From Balanoglossus misakiensis (taxonomy: Eukaryota; Animalia; Hemichordata): a stretch of 64,000 nucleotides of DNA. The translations under genes and the position numbers were made by a program. The DNA is taken from NCBI GenBank assembly GCA_040954595.2, contig CM082585.2, forward strand, positions 4,117,358 to 4,181,357, given 5' to 3'. Within the stretch, counting starts at the first letter, position 1. Each line of letters begins with the position of its first letter. Shown one piece after another: positions 1 through 11,434 of this stretch. The notes beneath the pieces were generated by a model. That model was given only the letters and a program-made list of their open reading frames with translations, made no database searches and was not told where the DNA came from.

Positions 1-3000
1 TGTCGCCTGTCTTAGGTCACCACTTCATAAGCGGTCTTACCCGTCATTGGCACAACAGTCCTCAGGAAGTAAGCTTTCAGCCTACCAATGTAGCTATTAC
101 ATTTTCCACTTTTTGTAAGTGAAGCCTGACTGTCGCCTGTCTTAGGTCACCACTTCATAAGCGGTCTTACCCGTCATTGGCACAAACAGTCTCAGGAAGT
201 AAGCTTTCAGCCTACCAATGTAGCTATTATATTTTCCACTTTTTGTAAGTGAATCCTGACTGTCGCCTGTCTTAGGTCACCACTTCATAAGCGGTCTTAC
301 CCGTCATTGGCACAAACAGTCTCAGGAAGTAAGCTTTCAGCCTACCAATGTAGCTATTACATTTTCCACTTTTTGTAAGTGAAGCCTGACTGTCGCCTGT
401 CTTAGGTCACCACTTCATAAGCGGTCTTACCCGTCATTGGCACAAACAGTCTCAGGAAGTAAGCTTTCAGCCTACCAATGTAGCTATTACATTTTCCACT
501 TTTTGTAAGTGAAGCCTGACTGTCGCCTGTCTTAGGTCACCACTTCATAAGCGGTCTTACCCGTCATTGGCACAAACAGTCTCAGGAAGTAAGCTTTCAG
601 CCTACCAATGTAGCTATTATATTTTCCACTTTTTGTAAGTGAAGCCTGACTGTCGCCTGTCTTAGGTCACCACTTCATAAGCGGTCTTACCCGTCATTGG
701 CACAAACAGTCTCAGGAAGTAAGCTTTCAGCCTACCAATGTAGCTATTATATTTTCCACTTTTTGTAAGTGAAGCCTGACTGTCGCCTGTCTTAGGTCAC
801 CACTTCATAAGCGGTCTTACCCGTCATTGGCACAAACAGTCTCAGGAAGTAAGCTTTCAGCCTACCAATGTAGCTATTATATTTTCCACTTTTTGTAAGT
901 GAAGCCTGACTGTCGCCTGTCTTAGGTCACCACTTCATAAGCGGTCTTACCCGTCATTGGCACAAACAGTCTCAGGAAGTAAGCTTTCAGCCTACCAATG
1001 TAGCTATTATATTTTCCACTTTTTGTAAGTGAAGCCTGACTGTCGCCTGTCTTAGGTCACCACTTCATAAGCGGTCTTACCCGTCATTGGCACAAACAGT
1101 CTCAGGAAGTAAGCTTTCAGCCTACCAATGTAGCTATTATATTTTCCACTTTTTGTAAGTGAAGCCTGACTGTCGCCTGTCTTAGGTCACCACTTCATAA
1201 GCGGTCTTACCCGTCATTGGCACAAACAGTCTCAGGAAGTAAGCTTTCAGCCTACCAATGTAGCTATTATATTTTCCACTTTTTGTAAGTGAAGCCTGAC
1301 TGTCGCCTGTCTTAGGTCACCACTTCATAAGCGGTCTTACCCGTCATTGGCACAAACAGTCTCAGGAAGTAAGCTTTCAGCCTACCAATGTAGCTATTAT
1401 ATTTTCCACTTTTTGTAAGTGAAGCCTGACTGTCGCCTGTCTTAGGTCACCACTTCATAAGCGGTCTTACCCGTCATTGGCACAAACAGTCTCAGGAAGT
1501 AAGCTTTCAGCCTACCAATGTAGCTATTACATTTTCCACTTTTTGTAAGTGAAGCCTGACTGTCGCCTGTCTTAGGTCACCACTTCATAAGCGGTCTTAC
1601 CCGTCATTGGCACAAACAGTCTCAGGAAGTAAGCTTTCAGCCTACCAATGTAGCTATTACATTTTCCACTTTTTGTAAGTGAAGCCTGACTGTCGCCTGT
1701 CTTAGGTCACCACTTCATAAGCGGTCTTACCCGTCATTGGCACAAACAGTCTCAGGAAGTAAGCTTTCAGCCTACCAATGTAGCTATTACATTTTCCACT
1801 TTTTGTAAGTGAAGCCTGACTGTCGCCTGTCTTAGGTCACCACTTCATAAGCGGTCTTACCCGTCATTGGCACAAACAGTCTCAGGAAGTAAGCTTTCAG
1901 CCTACCAATGTAGCTATTATATTTTCCACTTTTTGTAAGTGAAGCCTGACTGTCGCCTGTCTTAGGTCACCACTTCATAAGCGGTCTTACCCGTCATTGG
2001 CACAAACAGTCTCAGGAAGTAAGCTTTCAGCCTACCAATGTAGCTATTATATTTTCCACTTTTTGTAAGTGAAGCCTGACTGTCGCCTGTCTTAGGTCAC
2101 CACTTCATAAGCGGTCTTACCCGTCATTGGCACAAACAGTCTCAGGAAGTAAGCTTTCAGCCTACCAATGTAGCTATTATATTTTCCACTTTTTGTAAGT
2201 GAAGCCTGACTGTCGCCTGTCTTAGGTCACCACTTCATAAGCGGTCTTACCCGTCATTGGCACAAACAGTCTCAGGAAGTAAGCTTTCAGCCTACCAATG
2301 TAGCTATTATATTTTCCACTTTTTGTAAGTGAAGCCCGACTGTCGCCTGTCTTAGGTCACCACTTCATAAGCGGTCTTACCCGTCATTGGCACAAACAGT
2401 CTCAGGAAGTAAGCTTTCAGCCTACCAATGTAGCTATTATATTTTCCACTTTTTGTAAGTGAAGCCCGACTGTCGCCTGTCTTAGGTCACCACTTCATAA
2501 GCGGTCTTACCCGTCATTGGCACAAACAGTCTCAGGAAGTAAGCTTTCAGCCTACCAATGTAGCTATTATATTTTCCACTTTTTGTAAGTGAAGCCCGAC
2601 TGTCGCCTGTCTTAGGTCACCACTTCATAAGCGGTCTTACCCGTCATTGGCACAAACAGTCTCAGGAAGTAAGCTTTCAGCCTACCAATGTAGCTATTAC
2701 ATTTTCCACTTTTTGTAAGTGAAGCCTGACTGTCGCCTGTCTTAGGTCACCACTTCATAAGCGGTCTTACCCGTCATTGGCACAAACAGTCTCAGGAAGT
2801 AAGCTTTCAGCCTACCAATGTAGCTATTATATTTTCCACTTTTTGTAAGTGAAGCCTGACTGTCGCCTGTCTTAGGTCACCACTTCATAAGCGGTCTTAC
2901 CCGTCATTGGCACAAACAGTCTCAGGAAGTAAGCTTTCAGCCTACCAATGTAGCTATTATATTTTCCACTTTTTGTAAGTGAAGCCTGACTGTCGCCTGT

Positions 3001-6000
3001 CTTAGGTCACCACTTCATAAGCGGTCTTACCCGTCATTGGCACAAACAGTCTCAGGAAGTAAGCTTTCAGCCTACCAATGTAGCTATTATATTTTCCACT
3101 TTTTGTAAGTGAAGCCTGACTGTCGCCTGTCTTAGGTCACCACTTCATAAGCGGTCTTACCCGTCATTGGCACAAACAGTCTCAGGAAGTAAGCTTTCAG
3201 CCTACCAATGTAGCTATTACATTTTCCACTTTTTGTAAGTGAAGCCTGACTGTCGCCTGTCTTAGGTCACCACTTCATAAGCGGTCTTACCCGTCATTGG
3301 CACAAACAGTCTCAGGAAGTAAGCTTTCAGCCTACCAATGTAGCTATTATATTTTCCACTTTTTGTAAGTGAAGCCTGACTGTCGCCTGTCTTAGGTCAC
3401 CACTTCATAAGCGGTCTTACCCGTCATTGGCACAAACAGTCTCAGGAAGTAAGCTTTCAGCCTACCAATGTAGCTATTACATTTTCCACTTTTTGTAAGT
3501 GAAGCCTGACTGTCGCCTGTCTTAGGTCACCACTTCATAAGCGGTCTTACCCGTCATTGGCACAAACAGTCTCAGGAAGTAAGCTTTCAGCCTACCAATG
3601 TAGCTATTATATTTTCCACTTTTTGTAAGTGAAGCCTGACTGTCGCCTGTCTTAGGTCACCACTTCATAAGCGGTCTTACCCGTCATTGGCACAAACAGT
3701 CTCAGGAAGTAAGCTTTCAGCCTACCAATGTAGCTATTACATTTTCCACTTTTTGTAAGTGAAGCCTGACTGTCGCCTGTCTTAGGTCACCACTTCATAA
3801 GCGGTCTTACCCGTCATTGGCACAAACAGTCTCAGGAAGTAAGCTTTCAGCCTACCAATGTAGCTATTACATTTTCCACTTTTTGTAATTGAAGCCTGAC
3901 TGTCGCCTGTCTTAGGTCACCACTTCATAAGCGGTCTTACCCGTCATTGGCACAAACAGTCTCAGGAAGTAAGCTTTCAGCCTACCAATGTAGCTATTAT
4001 ATTTTCCACTTTTTGTAAGTGAAGCCGGACTGTCGCCTGTCTTAGGTCACCACTTCATAAGCGGTCTTACCCGTCATTGGCACAAACAGTCTCAGGAAGT
4101 AAGCTTTCAGCCTACCAATGTAGCTATTATATTTTCCACTTTTTGTAAGTGAAGCCCGACTGTCGCCTGTCTTAGGTCACCACTTCATAAGCGGTCTTAC
4201 CCGTCATTGGCACAAACAGTCTCAGGAAGTAAGCTTTCAGCCTACCAATGTAGCTATTATATTTTCCACTTTTTGTAAGTGAAGCCCGACTGTCGCCTGT
4301 CTTAGGTCACCACTTCATAAGCGGTCTTACCCGTCATTGGCACAAACAGTCTCAGGAAGTAAGCTTTCAGCCTACCAATGTAGCTATTATATTTTCCACT
4401 TTTTGTAAGTGAAGCCTGACTGTCGCCTGTCTTAGGTCACCACTTCATAAGCGGTCTTACCCGTCATTGGCACAAACAGTCTCAGGAAGTAAGCTTTCAG
4501 CCTACCAATGTAGCTATTATATTTTCCACTTTTTGTAAGTGAAGCCTGACTGTCGCCTGTCTTAGGTCACCACTTCATAAGCGGTCTTACCCGTCATTGG
4601 CACAAACAGTCTCAGGAAGTAAGCTTTCAGCCTACCAATGTAGCTATTACATTTTCCACTTTTTGTAAGTGAAGCCTGACTGTCGCCTGTCTTAGGTCAC
4701 CACTTCATAAGCGGTCTTACCCGTCATTGGCACAAACAGTCTCAGGAAGTAAGCTTTCAGCCTACCAATGTAGCTATTATATTTTCCACTTTTTGTAAGT
4801 GAAGCCTGACTGTCGCCTGTCTTAGGTCACCACTTCATAAGCGGTCTTACCCGTCATTGGCACAAACAGTCTCAGGAAGTAAGCTTTCAGCCTACCAATG
4901 TAGCTATTATATTTTCCACTTTTTGTAAGTGAAGCCTGACTGTCGCCTGTCTTAGGTCACCACTTCATAAGCGGTCTTACCCGTCATTGGCACAAACAGT
5001 CTCAGGAAGTAAGCTTTCAGCATACCAATGTAGCTATTACATTTTCCACTTTTTGTAAGTGAAGCCTGACTGTCGCCTGTCTTAGGTCACCACTTCATAA
5101 GCGGTCTTACCCGTCATTGGCACAAACAGTCTCAGGAAGTAAGCTTTCAGCCTACCAATGTAGCTATTATATTTTCCACTTTTTGTAAGTGAAGCCTGAC
5201 TGTCGCCTGTCTTAGGTCACCACTTCATAAGCGGTCTTACCCGTCATTGGCACAAACAGTCTCAGGAAGTAAGCTTTCAGCCTACCAATGTAGCTATTAC
5301 ATTTTCCACTTTTTGTAAGTGAAGCCTGACTGTCGCCTGTCTTAGGTCACCACTTCATAAGCGGTCTTACCCGTCATTGGCACAAACAGTCTCAGGAAGT
5401 AAGCTTTCAGCCTACCAATGTAGCTATTACATTTTCCACTTTTTGTAAGTGAAGCCTGACTGTCGCCTGTCTTAGGTCACCACTTCATAAGCGGTCTTAC
5501 CCGTCATTGGCACAAACAGTCTCAGGAAGTAAGCTTTCAGCCTACCAATGTAGCTATTATATTTTCCACTTTTTGTAAGTGAAGCCCGACTGTTGCCTGT
5601 CTTAGGTCACCACTTCATAAGCGGTCTTACCCGTCATTGGCACAAACAGTCTCAGGAAGTAAGCTTTCAGCCTACCAATGTAGCTATTATATTTTCCACT
5701 TTTTGTAAGTGAAGCCCGACTGTCGCCTGTCTTAGGTCACCACTTCATAAGCGGTCTTACCCGTCATTGGCACAAACAGTCTCAGGAAGTTAGCTTTCAG
5801 CCTACCAATGTAGCTATTACATTTTCCACTTTTTGTAAGTGAAGCCTGACTGTCGCCTGTCTTAGGTCACCACTTCATAAGCGGTCTTACCCGTCATTGG
5901 CACAAACAGTCTCAGGAAGTAAGCTTTCAGCCTACCAATGTAGCTATTATATTTTCCACTTTTTGTAAGTGAAGCCTGACTGTCGCCTGTCTTAGGTCAC

Positions 6001-8011
6001 CACTTCATAAGCGGTCTTACCCGTCATTGGCACAAACAGTCTCAGGAAGTAAGCTTTCAGCCTACCAATGTAGCTATTACATTTTCCCTTTTTGTAAGTG
6101 AAGCCTGACTGTCGCCTGTCTTAGGTCACCACTTCATAAGCGGTCTTACCCGTCATTGGCACAAACAGTCTCAGGAAGTAAGCTTTCAGCCTACCAATGT
6201 AGCTATTATATTTTCCACTTTTTGTAAGTGAAGCCTGACTGTCGCCTGTCTTAGGTCACCACTTCATAAGCGGTCTTACCCGTCATTGGCACAAACAGTC
6301 TCAGGAAGTAAGCTTTCAGCCTACCAATGTAGCTATTACATTTTCCACTTTTTGTAAGTGAAGCCTGACTGTCGCCTGTCTTAGGTCACCACTTCATAAG
6401 CGGTCTTACCCGTCATTGGCACAAACAGTCTCAGGAAGTTAGCTTTCAGCCTACCAATGTAGCTATTATATTTTCCACTTTTTGTAAGTGAAGCCTGACT
6501 GTCGCCTGTCTTAGGTCACCACTTCATAAGCGGTCTTACCCGTCATTGGCACAAACAGTCTCAGGAAGTTAGCTTTCAGCCTACCAATGTAGCTATTATA
6601 TTTTCCACTTTTTGTAAGTGAAGCCTGACTGTCGCCTGTCTTAGGTCACCACTTCATAAGCGGTCTTACCCGTCATTGGCACAAACAGTCTCAGGAAGTA
6701 AGCTTTCAGCCTACCAATGTAGCTATTACATTTTCCACTTTTTGTAAGTGAAGCCTGACTGTCGCCTGTCTTAGGTCACCACTTCATAAGCGGTCTTACC
6801 CGTCATTGGCACAAACAGTCTCAGGAAGTTAGCTTTCAGCCTACCAATGTAGCTATTATATTTTCCACTTTTTGTAAGTGAAGCCTGACTGTCGCCTGTC
6901 TTAGGTCACCACTTCATAAGCGGTCTTACCCGTCATTGGCACAAACAGTCTCAGGAAGTTAGCTTTCAGCCTACCAATGTAGCTATTATATTTTCCACTT
7001 TTTGTAAGTGAAGCCTGACTGTCGCCTGTCTTAGGTCACCACTTCATAAGCGGTCTTACCCGTCATTGGCACAAACAGTCTCAGGAAGTTAGCTTTCAGC
7101 CTACCAATGTAGCTATTATATTTTCCACTTTTTGTAAGTGAAGCCTGACTGTCGCCTGTCTTAGGTCACCACTTCATAAGCGGTCTTACCCGTCATTGGC
7201 ACAAACAGTCTCAGGAAGTAAGCTTTCAGCCTACCAATGTAGCTATTATATTTTCCACTTTTTGTAAGTGAAGCCTGACTGTCGCCTGTCTTAGGTCACC
7301 ACTTCATAAGCGGTCTTACCCGTCATTGGCACAAACAGTCTCAGGAAGTTAGCTTTCAGCCTACCAATGTAGCTATTATATTTTCCACTTTTTGTAAGTG
7401 AAGCCTGACTGTCGCCTGTCTTAGGTCACCACTTCATAAGCGGTCTTACCCGTCATTGGCACAAACAGTCTCAGGAAGTTAGCTTTCAGCCTACCAATGT
7501 AGCTATTATATTTTCCACTTTTTGTAAGTGAAGCCTGACTGTCGCCTGTCTTAGGTCACCACTTCATAAGCGGTCTTACCCGTCATTGGCACAAACAGTC
7601 TCAGGAAGTAAGCTTTCAGCCTACCAATGTAGCTATTATATTTTCCACTTTTTGTAAGTGAAGCCTGACTGTCGCCTGTCTTAGGTCACCACTTCATAAG
7701 CGGTCTTACCCGTCATTGGCACAAACAGTCTCAGGAAGTAAGCTTTCAGCCTACCAATGTAGCTATTATATTTTCCACTTTTTGTAAGTGAAGCCTGACT
7801 GTCGCCTGTCTTAGGTCACCACTTCATAAGCGGTCTTACCCGTCATTGGCACAAACAGTCTCAGGAAGTAAGCTTTCAGCCTACCAATGTAGCTATTACA
7901 TTTTCCACTTTTTGTAAGTGAAGCCTGACTGTCGCCTGTCTTAGGTCACCACTTCATAAGCGGTCTTACCCGTCATTGGCACAAACAGTCTCAGGAAGTA
8001 AGCTTTCAGCC
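1..8011. repeat. 130-bp tandem repeat (satellite) array, about 61.6 copies visible, truncated by the window start
   Basis: Monomer tgtcgcctgt...gaagcctgac recurs every 130 nt. There are only a few recurrent variants (tattac/tattat, cctgac/cccgac, gtaagc/gttagc) and one 1-bp deletion near 6088. The array ends abruptly at ...ctttcagcc|aaaccgg. Confidence 0.99.
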
Positions 8012-8160
8012 AAACCGGACCCAACGACACCGACCCATCATTATACCTTTCAAAAACAGGTACAGCAAGAAGAGAAATGTAACACAGCAGCCAGAAATTA
8101 TGGATTCAATGACAACAGCAGGATTTATATCAATGAAAACCTTACACAAAGAAGACAATC
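8012..8160 (+). mobile_element. Degenerate fragment of a non-LTR retrotransposon (CR1/L2-type) ORF1
   Basis: Reads RPIIIPFKNRYSK in one frame and SRIYINENLTQRR in another. These resemble the RPIIVRF and IYINENLT motifs of CR1/L2-group ORF1 proteins; frameshifted. Confidence 0.55.
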
Positions 8161-9300
8161 GTTCGGACAACCCATGGCGTTGCAGTGAAACTGGGACATA
8201 AAGCCCCAAACAATGAGGCTGACCACATTGTTACAGCTCCAATTACGGTTACTGTGAAGTGTAGTGGAATTGCAGATGACTGACGTTGCCCAGGGCAACG
8301 GCGAACCAGGACCCTGGAAAGCGGAGCAGCGGGACCTGACTGAGAAGAGCTGTATGTAGCAGCTGTGAACATAGTATATGAAATAATTTAAAATAGTAAT
8401 TGCTCTCTGGGTCCATCATTTTCAGTAGAAGTGACCTGATTTCACATCAATAGTGTACCACCCGTCATTTTAAGCTAATTTCATGTAGTACAAAACTCCT
8501 ATACAACATAATGACATTTCTAGAACCTTTTTTCACTGGTTGGGCCACCAGACTAACACTAGTGGCTCTAAAAAGAAACTTCCATAACAACCTATACACT
8601 TGACGCGTTCAAGTCAAGGCAGACCTAACCCATTCAAAATATGCAAATTAGGAAAAGACGCATACATGCATTCTTTGCATCCCCAGAGACACACACAGGA
8701 AATCAGGAAATCAAGCGGAAATCACTAGCTGGAAGAGCTGAATTTAATGCATTACCCTGGCATTGCCTTACAATATGTTCATGATACAGGGGGGGGGGGG
8801 GGGGGGGGGGGCTGATGATCAATGAACAGGACAGCGGTCCACTTTCACGCGTTGTAGTGCACTGATCGTGGCAAGTTGATCATGGCAAAACAAACGACTA
8901 TGTTAGATAGCAATGCTTCACAAGTTTGGCTAATTTGTATGAAAATCGTCTCGCCAAACACAACCTTTTTCTCGCATTTGCGATTTGGCGAGCGGGTAGG
9001 GAAAACACTGCTGGCTAATCCGTTCCGATTTCTGTCACTGTTCCAATTCGTCCTCAACACCTCAAACCTACACACCCAGTGTTGCAGCCAGAGCGCGCCC
9101 TTGCGACAATGTCCCCAAAACTGAAGCCACGGGCGCACTTTCTGGCATACTGCGGGTCACCACGGGCGCACTCTGAGTGAATGAGTGTAAGCCAGGGCTA
9201 ACATACATTGTTTCCAGACGTTTCCTGATAGCTGATGGGTGTACACGTACAAAGAGATTCACTTGTCACAGTTTATGACCTTACGACCAGTAATAGTTAC

Positions 9301-10976
9301 CAGTTCGTGTTCAGTCTAAAATAAGACATCGTTTCTGCGCATTCGCAATGCAATGTAATGCTATTGCGCAAGTGCAGAACCGCGACATGGAATGGGTCAG
9401 GTCATGAAGAAGGTCAAAGGGAGTTCCTCGTACCATGTTCGTAATTCCCATGTACGTACACATCAAAAACTGGCCACGCTCCTCATCATTGTGTCGATTG
9501 TTTCTGTTCTCGGTCTGTCGGAATGGATCGACCATCAACTGTATTATTTCTATTTATCAGTTTGACCTCCTAAATTTAGTTTACGTGTTGGACATTAGCA
9601 AAAGGCGGGCCGAGGCTATAGACAGGCGCCTGTCAATAGCCAGTGCGTGTAGGCGGCTGTCGTTACATGTCTTGCACTGGGGTATGCAAGTTGTCACGCC
9701 ACGGTTTAAGTTGTAACGTATTTCCCCGTACCATTGCACAATAAGCAATGAATTCGTTCATCATGAAACAAATCTCTCAATTCAAACTTAAAATATTTCA
9801 CAGTGTGTCGATGTCCGCACTGTTGAGGTCAGCGTCACGGTGATTGTGTCAAGTCAACTCAGTGTGCAGCGGCCGTAGTAAATGTACATCATACAAAAAC
9901 GGTAAAGCAATCGTACGTAGTCAGCGAGGTTGCTCAGAAATATTTCAGAAATATGCACTTCCTTTCCGATGAAAAATGTGAAATGTGCATTGCTTTACAA
10001 AAGTCGGCAGTAAAATGGAGGGAATCCCTGTGAGTCAGGAGATAAGCTTAGAATCGGAAGCGCTAGGCGTACACGCTTAGAACGGGTAGAAGAACTATGA
10101 CAAACGCTTTGACTTTCGAAATTTTGCACTTCGTTTCATCTCATTTTCGGGGAAGAAAAGACGAATCATTTAATGGACTATGTGAAATGTGCTTTTGTTT
10201 TCAAAAATCGGCAATAATTTGAGAATAAAGTCCCCGCCTGTCAATAGCCGGCCCCCTACACACTGGCTATTGTCAGGCGCCTGTCAATAGCCGGCCCGAT
10301 ATACGATTTCGTCAATTTGAGACACATTTTAGCGTATAGTTCGTTGTTCCTTCGCTTTTGCTAAAGATAAAGTTGGTCGCGTGTTTGTCTCATCAGCTAG
10401 ATAGGAGTGTGATTGATAGCGTATCCTATGAACGTAACGTCAAATGAGCTACACATACGCGTACGAGGTTCATTACTGACATGCATGTCACGATCAACAA
10501 GACTAAGGAATTTTTAAAAGTTTTCCCCATTTTTCCCCAATGACCAGTTACCACGTGTCATACATCAATGGAAAGATTACTTTCTTGTTCGTCAGAAAAT
10601 TGATAAAAAACGCCTATTGAACGAGTACAATTATACAAAACAAGCACCAAGAAAAAGTGGTATTACTTGTTGGTCAGGCAGCAAAATATGCTGACATCAG
10701 CGTCCATAACAACCAAAAATTTGATCGATCGTAGCTGGCAAAGTTTTGAATTTACCTCGCTCAAACTCATCCATTGTGTCCACTGACATCTCTAGATGAT
10801 GTTACAACCGAAAATAGTCAAATGAACGGCATATGGGCTTTAAATGAGGACCGAAAACAGCCGAACACAACTCTGCGTACGATACTTCCGCATTAGCTAA
10901 TTAATATTAATATGTACTATTGCGCATGCACTTTCCGCGAAGAAACGATGTCTTATTTTAGACTGAACACGAACTG
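9301..10976. mobile_element. Non-autonomous TIR transposon, 36-bp TIR starting CAG, 5-bp TSD
   Basis: CAGTTCGTGTTCAGTCTAAAATAAGACATCGTTTCT at 9301 and its exact reverse complement at 10941-10976. GTTAC on both flanks (9296-9300, 10977-10981). No transposase ORF. Confidence 0.9.
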
Positions 10977-11434
10977 GTTACTGATAACATCTTCACAGCA
11001 AAGTTGTAGCAAACTTGGTTTGTTGTTGAATTTGATACAGTTTACATACACGCAGCCACCCTCTTGGGAATTGTAAGTAACACTGGATATCACGTCTATA
11101 TCGGACTCGGCTGTGCAGGCAGTGAACTACCGTGGCTCAAATTGCTTCTGAAACCAACTCCTTCCATGAGTACCAGCAGTCTCAGATTTGTTGAAAACCC
11201 TCCCATTGAACTTTTAATGTAGATTCAACTGCTAATTTCTTGGATAAGACTCCAAAAAGACAGAGTTGAGAGTATTCTCCTTATTACATGCTTTAGGACC
11301 CCTAGCCAGACAACAGTTGATTTTGGAATAAATTCCCCAGCTTTAGAAATACCCTATGGATTTTATATAATGGGGAACAAGTTTTCTCAAATTTACTCCT
11401 ATAATAATAAAGGACTTGAAAGAATTTAAATTAG

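Noticed and set aside
131-260. Twister or hammerhead ribozyme in the monomer (minus strand UGCCAAUG-ACGG...AAGUGG resembles part of a twister)
   Set aside because: The twister P2 pairing, UAA cleavage site and AAGC loop are not satisfied, and there is no CUGANGA...GAAA core.
1-8011. CRISPR array, or tRNA/5S/snRNA gene array
   Set aside because: No unique spacers and no cas genes in a eukaryotic context. No A/B boxes or anticodon-arm geometry, no sequence match I recognise to 5S/U1/U11, and no room for external promoters.
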